From positions 356,824-420,823 of the forward strand of contig CAZTBI010000001.1 in NCBI GenBank assembly GCA_964612055.1: a DNA stretch of 64,000 bases. The letters run 5' to 3'. Every line of letters starts with the position of its first letter. The first letter of the stretch is position 1. The position numbers and the translations under genes were made by a program. The notes under the pieces are model-generated. The model searched no databases and was not told where the DNA came from. It saw only the letters and a list, made by a program, of their open reading frames with translations. Shown here piece after piece: positions 37,154 through 46,518 of the stretch. Source of the DNA: an uncultured Bdellovibrionales bacterium (GTDB taxonomy: Bacteria > Patescibacteriota > Minisyncoccia > Moranbacterales > UBA1568).

Positions 37154-39952
37154 CTATAAGTATTTCGCGGTAAAACTACGTTTACAGTTTTTGAGTTTCT
37201 CTGGAGGGCCAGCATAGATCAATTCACCGCCTTTTTCGCCGCCTTCTGGTCCCAGTTCCAATACCCAGTCGGAGGAAGCGATCACATCGATATTGTGTTC
37301 CACGACTAGTACCGTATTTCCTTTATCAACCAATGCTTCGAGTACTTCAAGTAGACGACGCACATCTTCGAAGTGTAGCCCAATCGTCGGTTCATCCAAA
37401 ATATAGAGCGTCTTGCCGGTTGATTTACGTGCCAGTTCAGTCGCAAGCTTGATACGTTGGGCTTCACCGCCTGAGAGATTGGTCGCGCTCTGTCCTAGTA
37501 CCAAGTAGCCCAAGCCCACTTCTTCCAGTACCCGCAGCTTCTCTTCGATCATCGGCTGATCCATGAAAAAGCGTCGCGCTTCGGTCACGGTCATTTGCAA
37601 TACATTCGCGATATTTTGACCACGGTATTCGATAGAAAGCGTTTTCAAATTATAGCGCGTTCCCTGACACACTTCACATGGGACATAGACATCCGGCAAG
37701 AGGTACATTTCGATCTTCTTCAGTCCCCCACCCTGGCAGGCCTCACAACGCCCACCACGCATGTTGAAACTGAAATGACTGGCTGAGTATTTCTCTCGCT
37801 CCGCTTCCGCGGTCTCAGCAAACAAATCGCGGATCAGACTGAAGACACCAGTGTAAGTCGCAGCATTGGAACGCGGCGTGCGACCGATAGGGTCCTGCGT
37901 CACGGCAATCACCTTGTCGATATTGGACAGTCCTTCCATTTTCTTGTGCGCTCCCGGTTGCGCCTTGGCATGATAGAAATATTTCGATAAAGCACGCGAA
38001 AGGATGTCGTGCACCAGAGACGACTTGCCTGAGCCAGAAACTCCAGAGACTGCTACCAGTACTCCAAGCGGAATCTTCACATCGACATTTTTCAGATTGT
38101 GTTCCGTAGCGCCCGTGATAGAAATGCAATCACTTCCTGGTTTACGTTTTTTCTTCTTGTCAGAAACTTTCCGCTTTCCAGAAAGGTACTGCCCCGTGAG
38201 TAATTTGGAACGAAGCAGCTTGTCTGGTGTCCCGGCAAAGATCACTTCACCACCTTCGATACCGGCACCCGGGCCCATGTCGATGATATAGTCAGCACGC
38301 TTCATGATAGCAACATCATGCTCCACGATCACCAGAGAGTTGTTAGCCGTCCGTAGGTCTTCAAGTGCATTGATGAGCCGCTCTGTATCACGACTATGCA
38401 GCCCCACCGAAGGTTCATCAAGGACGTAAATGATTCCAGAAAGTCCCGATTTCATCTGGACCGACAAACGGATACGCTGCGCCTCACCACCAGAGAGGGT
38501 ATCAGCACTGCGACAGAGTTCGAGATAGCCCAAGCCCACTTTTTCCACGGCTGAAAGTCGAGTTTGCATTTCCTGAAACAAGGGGTCGATCATACCCCGC
38601 TCCCCAGTCTTCAAAAGCATCTCGCGAAGCGGTTTCAAAATTCCCAGAAAATTCTCGGTACTGAGACGCACCATGTCGTCGATCGATCGACCGCCAATCT
38701 TCACCGCCAAAGTGGTCTGCTTGAGACGCTTTCCGAGACAGGTCGGACAGAGCTTGGTCTGCATGTAGGCCTCGATTTCAGCCCGCAAATGATCGGATTT
38801 GGTCTCACGGTATTTCTGTTCCAAAAGAGCGATAACCCCTGGGAAACGATCTTCCCGTTCATTCTTTTCACCATGCAAGATAACATCGAAATGCTTGGTT
38901 GAAAGTTTCTTGAGGGGTGTATCCAAAGAGAAGCGTTCGCGCTTGGCACACTCACGCAAGAGCTGCATCGGTCCAGATCCAGCATGCCGATCACTGTTCA
39001 TCTTGCTCCATGGACGGATCGCGCCCTCCGCAAGCGACAGACTCTTGTTTGGAATCACGAGCGCCGAATCAAATTCCAGCGTCACACCAAGACCAGCACA
39101 CTTCTGACAGGCTCCTTCCGGACTATTGAAAGAAAAATGACTTGGGGTAAATTCTGGCAAATGAATGCCGCAAGTCTCACAACGATACTCTTCGTTGTAT
39201 ACATGCTCCTCTCCCATGCCATTCAAGCGCAAGGTAAACGTCCCCTGTCCGACACGGAACGCGGTCTGCAAATCATCCATGATACGTTCTTTGTCAGGAC
39301 GAGCACGATCCAGTACGAGACGATCAATCACGACCGCTATCGGCGAGCTCTCTGTGGGAGATGCTTGCGCCAAAGCTTCCGCCAAAGAAACAATCTCCCC
39401 CCGAAAACGAACCCGCACATAACCCCACGTATTCACCAGGTTCAGAGCCTCTTTCTCAGTTTTTCCGGTAAGCTGCGTACTTTCTGAGATGAACACCAAG
39501 GCCATCCCATCAGGCAAGGCCAATATTTCTTCGAGGATTTCCCGCACACTCTTCCGAGTCAACACCTTACCGCATGTCGGGCAGTGCGGCACACCAAGCT
39601 TGGCAAAAAGAATGCGCAGATAATCATACACCTCAGTCATGGTACCGACGGTCGAACGCGGACTCCGTGAGACACTCTTCTGATCAATCGAAATAGCTGG
39701 TGACAAATTGCGGATCGCGTCGACATCTGGCTTATCGAAGCCGTCCAAGAAATTGCGCGCATACGAAGAAAGCGACTCGACATAGCGTCGATTCGCTTCG
39801 GCAAAAAGTGTATCAAAAGCAAGAGAAGATTTACCAGACCCAGAAAGTCCCGTCACGACGACGAGCGCGTCGCGTGGAATATCAACATCGACATTCTTCA
39901 AATTATTGACTCGGGCACCTCGGATTTCGATGACTGACTTTTTCGCGGCCAT
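37154..39952 (-). CDS. uvrA: Excinuclease ABC subunit A (UvrA)
   Basis: Two ABC ATPase modules ([20 protein letters not shown]), zinc-finger Cys clusters and signature LSGGE motifs. ATG at 39950-39952 (MAAKK) is preferred over the GTG at 40012. Confidence 0.9.
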   Translation of the reverse strand: MAAKKSVIEIRGARVNNLKNVDVDIPRDALVVVTGLSGSGKSSLAFDTLFAEANRRYVESLSSYARNFLDGFDKPDVDAIRNLSPAISIDQKSVSRSPRSTVGTMTEVYDYLRILFAKLGVPHCPTCGKVLTRKSVREILEEILALPDGMALVFISESTQLTGKTEKEALNLVNTWGYVRVRFRGEIVSLAEALAQASPTESSPIAVVIDRLVLDRARPDKERIMDDLQTAFRVGQGTFTLRLNGMGEEHVYNEEYRCETCGIHLPEFTPSHFSFNSPEGACQKCAGLGVTLEFDSALVIPNKSLSLAEGAIRPWSKMNSDRHAGSGPMQLLRECAKRERFSLDTPLKKLSTKHFDVILHGEKNEREDRFPGVIALLEQKYRETKSDHLRAEIEAYMQTKLCPTCLGKRLKQTTLAVKIGGRSIDDMVRLSTENFLGILKPLREMLLKTGERGMIDPLFQEMQTRLSAVEKVGLGYLELCRSADTLSGGEAQRIRLSVQMKSGLSGIIYVLDEPSVGLHSRDTERLINALEDLRTANNSLVIVEHDVAIMKRADYIIDMGPGAGIEGGEVIFAGTPDKLLRSKLLTGQYLSGKRKVSDKKKKRKPGSDCISITGATEHNLKNVDVKIPLGVLVAVSGVSGSGKSSLVHDILSRALSKYFYHAKAQPGAHKKMEGLSNIDKVIAVTQDPIGRTPRSNAATYTGVFSLIRDLFAETAEAEREKYSASHFSFNMRGGRCEACQGGGLKKIEMYLLPDVYVPCEVCQGTRYNLKTLSIEYRGQNIANVLQMTVTEARRFFMDQPMIEEKLRVLEEVGLGYLVLGQSATNLSGGEAQRIKLATELARKSTGKTLYILDEPTIGLHFEDVRRLLEVLEALVDKGNTVLVVEHNIDVIASSDWVLELGPEGGEKGGELIYAGPPEKLKNCKRSFTAKYL

Positions 39953-40080
39953 AGAGCGTGAAAGGAGGCGAGAAAAAAGATATAACAGATACTCATCTGA
40001 TTTTACCGACACTCGCTCGGTAATAATTGCTTTCCATCGTATCAGCTTTTCAAGCGACTGTCAAAGCTCTGTGCATAACT

Positions 40081-41394
40081 TCACTTTCCGAGGAACTCCC
40101 TGCCCCGTCGCTTCCGGTGAAAAGTGATCGCAAAACGATGAGCCTCACTGTTTACCAAGAGGATCTCCTTCTCAAAACGCTCAATAAGCGCCTCTGGACC
40201 AATTAAGCGTTCCGGCTGGTGACGCTCGTTTTTGACCACTCCGACAACCGGTATGGTAATTCCTGCCTCAGCCAGTACTGCTTCTGCTTTCTTAAATTGG
40301 AGGAGTGCTCCATCAACCACGATGATTTCAGGGAGCGGCCACTCAGCATGCTTCAGACGTCGCGTCAGGATCTCGCCGAGCGCTGACAAGTCATTCCCGT
40401 TGTGTTTCTCGCGCAACTTGAACTGACGATATTCACTCGGATTGGCGCGGCTTTCCTCCACAACCGTCATCACTCCCACCGACGCTGTCCCGCCCAAGTG
40501 TGCCACATCATAGGCTTCGATCCGATGAGCGTGTCGCTCACGCAGATCATCCTTGATGAGTGCCATATCCTGGATATGTCGCAGTCCAAAAAGCGTCCTC
40601 TTTATTTCTCCTGCTCGTTCAAAATCAAGTTTCTTGGCTGCTTGTTTCATCTCTCGGATCAACTGCTTCACGATATCATTCTTATGCCCTTCGAAAAAAA
40701 GCCGAATGTGGTTGATAGTCTTGCCATATTCGCGAGCCGAAACTTTTCCTGTACACACGCCCGGACACAGACCGATTTGTGCATTGAAACATGGTTTTGG
40801 ACTTTTCGACTGTTTTTTGTTGACTGTTTTTTGTTGACTGTCCCATGGCGTACCCTGGCCGCGTCCCGCGACCGCGGGCAGGCATTTGTCACGGTAAGGA
40901 AAGAGCTTGCGCACAATCTTGAGCGCCTCACGCAGTGCCCCGCCAGCCGGAAAGGGACCAAAGATATATTTCACTGGTTCCGTAAATTTTTTCTGCTCAA
41001 TATCACGGCCACGCACGATCAGGACTCGTGGGAAAGTTTCTTTGGTAATAACAACGTGATTGTAGCTCTTATCATCTTTAGCATCGGTATTGTACGGCGG
41101 CTGCTCCACCTTAATGAGATTGCCTTCAAGAATGAGCGCCTCCAAGACTGAATCAGTCTGACGATATCCGATATGCGCTATCTGCCCCAACATCAGTTGA
41201 ATCTTTGGTCCACGCGTTTCTTCGAGATCCTGCATAAAATAACTTTTCACTCGATCTCGGAGTGAAGTGGCTTTGCCGATATAGAGAAGCTCTTTTTTAT
41301 CATCCAAAAAGAAGTACACTCCCGGTGTCTCCGGCAATGTATTCTTTTTGGCAAAAGCTGCCAAGGCCACTGATTTTTCCCACAACTTAGCCAT
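40081..41394 (-). CDS. uvrC: Excinuclease ABC subunit C (UvrC), short form lacking the C-terminal (HhH)2 domain
   Basis: GIY-YIG N-domain ([24 protein letters not shown]), UVR domain and RNase H-like endonuclease domain ([14 protein letters not shown]). Ends right after the endonuclease domain. Confidence 0.85.
   Translation of the reverse strand: MAKLWEKSVALAAFAKKNTLPETPGVYFFLDDKKELLYIGKATSLRDRVKSYFMQDLEETRGPKIQLMLGQIAHIGYRQTDSVLEALILEGNLIKVEQPPYNTDAKDDKSYNHVVITKETFPRVLIVRGRDIEQKKFTEPVKYIFGPFPAGGALREALKIVRKLFPYRDKCLPAVAGRGQGTPWDSQQKTVNKKQSKSPKPCFNAQIGLCPGVCTGKVSAREYGKTINHIRLFFEGHKNDIVKQLIREMKQAAKKLDFERAGEIKRTLFGLRHIQDMALIKDDLRERHAHRIEAYDVAHLGGTASVGVMTVVEESRANPSEYRQFKLREKHNGNDLSALGEILTRRLKHAEWPLPEIIVVDGALLQFKKAEAVLAEAGITIPVVGVVKNERHQPERLIGPEALIERFEKEILLVNSEAHRFAITFHRKRRGREFLGK
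40805..40844. repeat. Tandem 14-bp repeat (GTTGACTGTTTTTT x ~2.7) inside the uvrC coding sequence
   Basis: Seen directly. Encodes the Lys/Gln-rich segment [12 protein letters not shown]. Confidence 0.7.
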
Positions 41395-41397
41395 AGT

Positions 41398-41428
41398 ATT
41401 GACTTTTACAGTAAAATGGAGTATAATA
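41398..41428 (+). promoter_or_regulatory. Perfect consensus sigma70 promoter TTGACT-17-TATAAT
   Basis: Seen directly. Divergent from uvrC. Confidence 0.6.
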
Positions 41429-41494
41429 CATTATTGTTGTTTTAACAACAGACGCTTTCACCCCCACCACCACCGAAAACCCACGGAGGCAATT

Positions 41495-41872
41495 GTGACG
41501 ACTTACGCAGAAGCGTTGACGACGGCCGTCTTCGAAGCAATCAAGGACGAGGATCTCAGACACTTTGACCACAACTTCCGGCGAGCCTACGGCAGAGCTG
41601 CCAAGAAAGAACCGGACATGACCAGCGGACAAATCAAGGCCCTCTTCGGGTCGGTGATGTGCCGCACGCACACCAAGGTGCGAGAGTATCAGAAGAATCG
41701 TCCCGAACAGGAGTCCCTGCTTACCGAAGCCAGTGGCAGCAAAGGTCAGGTTGTTCAGCAGGTACCGGAGCCGCCACGCGTGTTCACTCAACGGCCTGAT
41801 CCATCCACTGTACATCAGTACATCATGGCCCTACGCCAAAGATTCGGGAGACCGACCAGGCAAGCGAAGTAG
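41495..41872 (+). CDS. Orphan plus-strand small protein (~125 aa, GTG start), GC-rich
   Basis: Perfect TTGACT-17-TATAAT promoter at ~41398-41428. GGAGG then 5 nt then GTG at 41495. Intrinsic terminator at ~41893-41932. Confidence 0.4.
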   Translation: MTTYAEALTTAVFEAIKDEDLRHFDHNFRRAYGRAAKKEPDMTSGQIKALFGSVMCRTHTKVREYQKNRPEQESLLTEASGSKGQVVQQVPEPPRVFTQRPDPSTVHQYIMALRQRFGRPTRQAK

Positions 41873-41892
41873 TGCTTGCCGGACATCAAAGA

Positions 41893-41932
41893 GACGCCCG
41901 CACCCAACAGGGAGCGCGGCGTCTTTTCATTT
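41893..41932 (+). terminator. Intrinsic terminator GACGCC-loop-GGCGTC plus TTTTCATTTC
   Basis: Seen directly. Confidence 0.5.
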
Positions 41933-41988
41933 CATATATAAATGAAGCAAAGAAAAAAGGAGGTGACACGTTCATCATCTCCTTCGCT

Positions 41989-42492
41989 TCAAATTTCAAG
42001 ACCTCGCCCTTTGTTTTCATCGAGAATGGCGTCGACAGATACTGCAATGAGCACGTAAACCGCGCCGTACACCCCCTTCGCGTCGCCGACACGAAAGCAC
42101 AGCTCTTCGAAACTGATCCGGGTCATCACGGGGCTCTTGCGCCTCCGAAACGGCAGCTTCTTCGGAATGAACAGTTGGTACGGACCAAGGTTATCGACGC
42201 CGTACTGAATGCTGCCGTCTTCACTTTCCTTCGTTGACAGCACTTGCGCCTGTTTGCTCGAAAGAGTCAGCACAACCGCGAGCTTGCGGCCACTTTCTTC
42301 CGAAAAAAGCTTCCGCAGCTCCGAAGAAACGAGGGTCATCATTGGTCGAAAGTCACTGCTCTCTGTAACCTGACATGGCGCAGCGATAAGCTCGAGCCCC
42401 GCCATGTTTTCTGCTTCTGGGAAGCGCTCAAGCAATACCTGGTACGCCTGAGCTATTCTCCTATTCACATAGGATTCGATATAGCCTGGCAT
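41989..42492 (-). CDS. Hypothetical protein (167 aa), GC-rich
   Basis: Long ORF convergent with the orphan plus-strand gene and sharing its terminator region. No recognisable motifs. Confidence 0.45.
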   Translation of the reverse strand: MPGYIESYVNRRIAQAYQVLLERFPEAENMAGLELIAAPCQVTESSDFRPMMTLVSSELRKLFSEESGRKLAVVLTLSSKQAQVLSTKESEDGSIQYGVDNLGPYQLFIPKKLPFRRRKSPVMTRISFEELCFRVGDAKGVYGAVYVLIAVSVDAILDENKGRGLEI

Positions 42493-42863
42493 ACACCATT
42501 CCCCTTTTCATCTGTTAAGTTACGAGATTCCACTCTACGCGAAAGGAACACGATCGTCAATTATCCACCAGTAAACCGTTGATACTTCTCGTATTTTACA
42601 GTATACTAAGAGCTCTGAGTGACGTCCTCAGTAACATAGTTCTTTCGTTTGATAGAGGAACGTAACAGTTCGAGAATTTGTCCCCCTGGGGAGTTATAGG
42701 AGGAACTCTACAAAGAGTTCTAGTCCCATCTGAGAACCTATTCCCGAATGACAACTTCCTCACGAGAGACCGGCGCCCTTTTGGTTTCCGAGGAGACACT
42801 GTTTCCCCGAAACCAAGGCAGAACCCTGCTTCGATCAAAGTGCACCTTCTCTCTGTCAGACAA

Positions 42864-42900
42864 TACAAAAACCGCCCCTCAGAAGAGGAGGCGGTTTTTT
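42864..42900. terminator. Bidirectional intrinsic terminator downstream of csp (ACCGCC-CCTCagaaGAGGa-GGCGGT, A5/T6 flanks)
   Basis: Seen directly. Confidence 0.7.
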
Positions 42901-42927
42901 GTGTACTCAGAGTGTCCGAGCTACTAC

Positions 42928-43125
42928 CTAGGCGCGTGAAACGCTGGTTGCAGCTGGTCCCTTAGGACCTTCGGTGATCTCGAAAGTGACAGTATCGCCA
43001 ACTTTGAGTTCATCGAACATGACACCGACGAGGTCCTTGGAGTGGAAGAACAGATCCTTTGTCTCGCCATCGCGAGCAATGAATCCGAAGCCTCTGTCCG
43101 TAAGGGTCTTGATTGTTCCGGTCAT
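42928..43125 (-). CDS. cspA: Cold-shock protein (CspA family)
   Basis: 65 aa. RNP motifs GTIKTLTDRGFGFI and DLFFHSKDL. TTGCAT-17-TATAAT promoter at ~43195-43223. Terminator at ~42864-42900. Confidence 0.9.
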   Translation of the reverse strand: MTGTIKTLTDRGFGFIARDGETKDLFFHSKDLVGVMFDELKVGDTVTFEITEGPKGPAATSVSRA

Positions 43126-43194
43126 ATAAATGATGTTTTTGGTGAATTATATCGTGAAACTCGACTCTGTTTCCGCATCTACTAGCACGGGTTG

Positions 43195-43223
43195 ATTATA
43201 GCACGAAAGGAAGTACTATGCAA
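43195..43223 (-). promoter_or_regulatory. csp promoter TTGCAT-17-TATAAT
   Basis: Seen directly. About 65-nt leader to the csp ATG. Confidence 0.6.
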
Positions 43224-43365
43224 GGGTGTGCCCAGTAGTACAACTTTAAACCCTTTCCGAGAACGATTTCCCTTAAAGTTTCGAAACCCATGGAAGCATC
43301 GAAAAACGACAGTTTCAAAAAGAAAACCAAGGTCATTTTTTTAAAGTTGTCCCACTGGGTGTGCT
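43223..43365. repeat. MITE-like element: ~20-bp terminal inverted repeats (CCCAGTAGTACAACTTTAAA / TTTAAAGTTGTCCCACTGGG) flanking ~89 bp, with a short direct repeat (GTGTGC) at both borders
   Basis: Arms pair at 18/20. Abuts the csp -35 hexamer. Confidence 0.4.
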
Positions 43366-43529
43366 ACAATAGGGCTGAAAGCCTTCAGAAAGAGGGTGCG
43401 AAAAATTGAAACCCACCTTGATTTTCAGGGAAAAATGTAATTTTTTCCGTTAACTCGTTTTTATGGGATTCAGCCGCCCTTCCGCATTGAAGGCTTTTCA
43501 TATACCCAAAAACTCTCCATCTCTTCTCC

Positions 43530-44015
43530 CTAAAACCACACTTTGACGACAAAGACGATAACCATAGCGATGGCCAAGAGAAATTTCAGCACCGTGCCAC
43601 CAAGAAAACCGAGGATACTCCCGATACCGGCATGAAGCGCCTCTTCCAATTTTTTCTTTCCCCAGAAATATTCTCCGAGAACAGCCCCGAGAAAAACACC
43701 AATAAATAATCCCGGGAGGCTAAGCAGAAGTAATCCCAGTAATCCGCCAAGTGTCGATCCCCAGATACCATACCGAGTCGCCCCAAAGCGCTTCGCTCCA
43801 TATAAACTCGCGAGAATATCAATGACGAAAGAAAGTGCCAGCGCTACACCAAGCAATGTCAGCGTCGTCAGTCCGACGGTCGCCACACCAAAATACAGAG
43901 CGTAGAGCAGGATCCCGCCAAATACTAATACCATTCCTGGCAAAATCGGAACAATTGTCCCGACAAGACCAACGAAGATAAGAAGCCACACCATAACAAT
44001 CACTGCTATTTCCAT
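43530..44015 (-). CDS. DUF456-family small membrane protein
   Basis: 161 aa, four TM helices, GLVGTIVPILPGMVLVFGGILLYAL motif. Confidence 0.6.
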   Translation of the reverse strand: MEIAVIVMVWLLIFVGLVGTIVPILPGMVLVFGGILLYALYFGVATVGLTTLTLLGVALALSFVIDILASLYGAKRFGATRYGIWGSTLGGLLGLLLLSLPGLFIGVFLGAVLGEYFWGKKKLEEALHAGIGSILGFLGGTVLKFLLAIAMVIVFVVKVWF

Positions 44016-44054
44016 AGTTTTGTCTTTATAAATTTTCTCCCCTCCCGAGAATAG

Positions 44055-44417
44055 CTATTCCGGACGATGACACACGGCTTCTATATTGTGACCATCAAGA
44101 TCAAAGACGAAAGCGCCGTAGTAATTTTCGCCGTAGTGTGGACGCAGCCCTGGGCCACCATTATCTTTGGCTCCCGCCGCCATGGCCGCCTCATAGAAAG
44201 CGCCAACTAAAGCTCGGTTTTCTGCCCCGAAAGCAATATGGAGTCCTTCTGGATTTTTTCCAGGCACCAGCCAAAAATCTGGATCCCCATTAACTCCCAG
44301 GCCCACAAAACCAGGAAACTCCATAACCACTGCGTACCCCAGAGGCTTCAGGGCTTCGACATAAAAGGCCTTACTCTTTTCGAGGTCACTGACCGGAAGA
44401 CTCATGTGTGAGATCAT
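44055..44417 (-). CDS. VOC-family (glyoxalase/bleomycin-resistance fold) protein
   Basis: 120 aa with the MISHMSLPVSDLEKSKAFY ... HIAF ... beta-alpha-beta-beta-beta pattern. Confidence 0.75.
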   Translation of the reverse strand: MISHMSLPVSDLEKSKAFYVEALKPLGYAVVMEFPGFVGLGVNGDPDFWLVPGKNPEGLHIAFGAENRALVGAFYEAAMAAGAKDNGGPGLRPHYGENYYGAFVFDLDGHNIEAVCHRPE

Positions 44418-44441
44418 ACGATTTTTGAAAAAAATTATTAC

Positions 44442-44825
44442 TTACAAAACTTCACGCACATAATCCACAGCTTTTTGTGGCGTGGTCAGCGACTTTACCA
44501 GATAAAAACGTGTTTCAAATTTCCCCACTTCCTTGAAAGAATCCTCGTTATCAATATTCGTCAGAACAATGACGGGGATTTTTCGCAGCTCCGCATCTTG
44601 GTGTAATTCCGCCAAAACCTCAACGCCGTTTTTGACCGGCATCTGAAGATCAAGCAAAATAATGTCTGGCCGTTCTTTTCGGATTACTTGCAGACCTTCT
44701 TCGCCGTTGGTCGCCAATGACACATCGAAACCCTCCTGATTAAATTTCATGAGGTAAATTTCACGGACGCTTGGGTCGTCATCAACGATGCAGACTTTTT
44801 TCTTCGCCCAAATTTCTTCCTCCAT
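44442..44825 (-). CDS. Stand-alone response-regulator receiver domain (CheY-like)
   Basis: 127 aa: VCIVDDD ... DIILLDLQMP ... VIVLTN ... K. No output domain and no adjacent kinase. Confidence 0.85.
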   Translation of the reverse strand: MEEEIWAKKKVCIVDDDPSVREIYLMKFNQEGFDVSLATNGEEGLQVIRKERPDIILLDLQMPVKNGVEVLAELHQDAELRKIPVIVLTNIDNEDSFKEVGKFETRFYLVKSLTTPQKAVDYVREVL

Positions 44826-44854
44826 ACATTTTCCCTGACAGACTTAGACACTGC

Positions 44855-45256
44855 TCAACCCAAGAAATCCTCGTCTTTTTCGAAACGCGCCCGCCACGCA
44901 ATGAGATTGATGAAAAGATAGAGCAAGAGCGTAATCGTCAGGAGTCCCAGGTGCCGATCATGATTGAGCGCTGCCTGATCAACGAGGAGATAGGTGATGA
45001 CAAAGGCGAGAAGCGGGAGCACGACATCGACCCAGCCATTGCCTGGCGCTTCAGAGAGGCGAACGTATTTTTCCAAAAGTTCCCAGAGGAGCGCCAACAC
45101 CAACATACCGAGAAAGGTATACGACGCCGGCCAAGAAAATGAAATCGCAAACAAAGCCATGACAATACCAAACATGAAGTGCGGTACTGACCACCAATCA
45201 AAAAGCTTCTTGGCATCAAAAATTTCTTTTTTCAACTTTTGTTTCAAGCGTTTCAT
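44855..45256 (-). CDS. Hypothetical membrane protein (133 aa)
   Basis: Four predicted TM helices. No motif. Confidence 0.5.
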   Translation of the reverse strand: MKRLKQKLKKEIFDAKKLFDWWSVPHFMFGIVMALFAISFSWPASYTFLGMLVLALLWELLEKYVRLSEAPGNGWVDVVLPLLAFVITYLLVDQAALNHDRHLGLLTITLLLYLFINLIAWRARFEKDEDFLG

Positions 45257-45303
45257 ACTCCTAACCCCTCATAAAACCAAACAATGCAAACCGTGTTGGG
45301 AAA

Positions 45304-46518
45304 TTATTCAAAACGGATGCGGAAAATTCGATCATCTTCTGATGTAGGCGTCCCTCGTCCGTCCCGATTGGAAGTCGTGAAGTAAATGAAACCATCGGGT
45401 CCTTCCATCACTTCCCGGATACGACCGAAATCTACTGCCTTCAGTTTCTCATAGTATACCACGCGCTTGGGGTTTTGCTCATCGAGTACCAGGCGCATCA
45501 GTCCCTCGCCCTTCAATGCCCCGAAAAAGAGATTGCCACGCCATTCGGAAAATTGTCGGCCAGAATAAATAAGGAGCGAGGCCGGTGCCTCGGCGGGAGT
45601 GAAAACGATGAGCGGTGCCTCAGTACCACTTCTTTTTTCTTCATGAGACACCAGTGGCCAGCCATAGTTCTTGCCCTTTTCAATGAGATTGACTTCATCT
45701 CCCCCGCCCGGTCCGTCAAAACCCGATGGTCCATGTTCGCTTTCATAGAGAAATCCATTGTCCGGGTGCCAGGCAAGACCCTGAGGATTGCGGTGACCAT
45801 AGCTCCACACCGGACTCCCAGAAAAAGGGTTGTCATTTGGGATACCGCCATCAGCATTGAGACGCAGAATCTTTCCAGCAAGCGAGTTCTTGTCCTGTGC
45901 TAGGTTCTTGTCAGTGGCATCACCCGTACTGACATAGAGTTTCCCGTCCGGACCAAACGCCACGCGAGACCCAGCATGAAAGCGTGCCGCCGGGATATCA
46001 TCAATCAAGATTGAAGGATCAGCTAATTCCGTACCCGTATCCAAGAAACGCATGACTCGATCGACGATGCCGCCATTTTTCGGTATCGCTACCACCAGAT
46101 AGACAAAGTGGTTTTGCGGATAATCAGGATCAAGTGTCATCGAGAGTAATCCTTCTTCTCCGGTTTCCGAGACTTCACGAAATGTGTAGAGTGGTTCCGG
46201 CAACAGTGTACCCTTTTCTATCACCCGGATTTTCCCTGGCCGCTCTGTGACCAATATCCGATCTGGATCCGTAAACACCATGCTCCATGGCGTATCGAGA
46301 CCGCTTGCCACCATCTCGACTACCGGTTCCTGATCGGCAGTCTCATCCTGTGCCGAAGCGGTATCCTCGTTCGCAGATTGTTCTTCCAACAAATTCACGC
46401 CTGCACCACGCGGTACTGGCGCATCCAAAAAGTTCGTCCGCTGCTCCACAAACCAAAGCACCAACCCTAACCCCGCTATAGATACCATGGCAATAAAGAG
46501 TGTTTTTTTCATGTTCAT
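45304..46518 (-). CDS. PQQ-dependent (soluble glucose/sorbosone dehydrogenase-type) beta-propeller oxidoreductase with signal/TM anchor
   Basis: HRNPQGLAWHP ... EHGPSGFDGPGGGDEVNLIEKGKNYGWP, characteristic of the GDH-B/SNDH family. Confidence 0.75.
   Translation of the reverse strand: MNMKKTLFIAMVSIAGLGLVLWFVEQRTNFLDAPVPRGAGVNLLEEQSANEDTASAQDETADQEPVVEMVASGLDTPWSMVFTDPDRILVTERPGKIRVIEKGTLLPEPLYTFREVSETGEEGLLSMTLDPDYPQNHFVYLVVAIPKNGGIVDRVMRFLDTGTELADPSILIDDIPAARFHAGSRVAFGPDGKLYVSTGDATDKNLAQDKNSLAGKILRLNADGGIPNDNPFSGSPVWSYGHRNPQGLAWHPDNGFLYESEHGPSGFDGPGGGDEVNLIEKGKNYGWPLVSHEEKRSGTEAPLIVFTPAEAPASLLIYSGRQFSEWRGNLFFGALKGEGLMRLVLDEQNPKRVVYYEKLKAVDFGRIREVMEGPDGFIYFTTSNRDGRGTPTSEDDRIFRIRFE

Noticed and set aside
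39953-40012. GTG start extending UvrA by 20 aa ([20 protein letters not shown])
   Set aside because: The extension is not part of conserved UvrA. An in-frame ATG (MAAKK) lies immediately before the first ABC module. Kept as an alternative only.
40402-41151. 249-aa plus-strand ORF
   Set aside because: Antisense to uvrC.
42596-42965. 90-aa minus-strand and 95-aa plus-strand ORFs in the csp-downstream gap
   Set aside because: Arg-rich low-complexity translations. No RBS. The region was also checked by eye for SRP RNA, RNase P RNA and tmRNA consensus blocks without a match.
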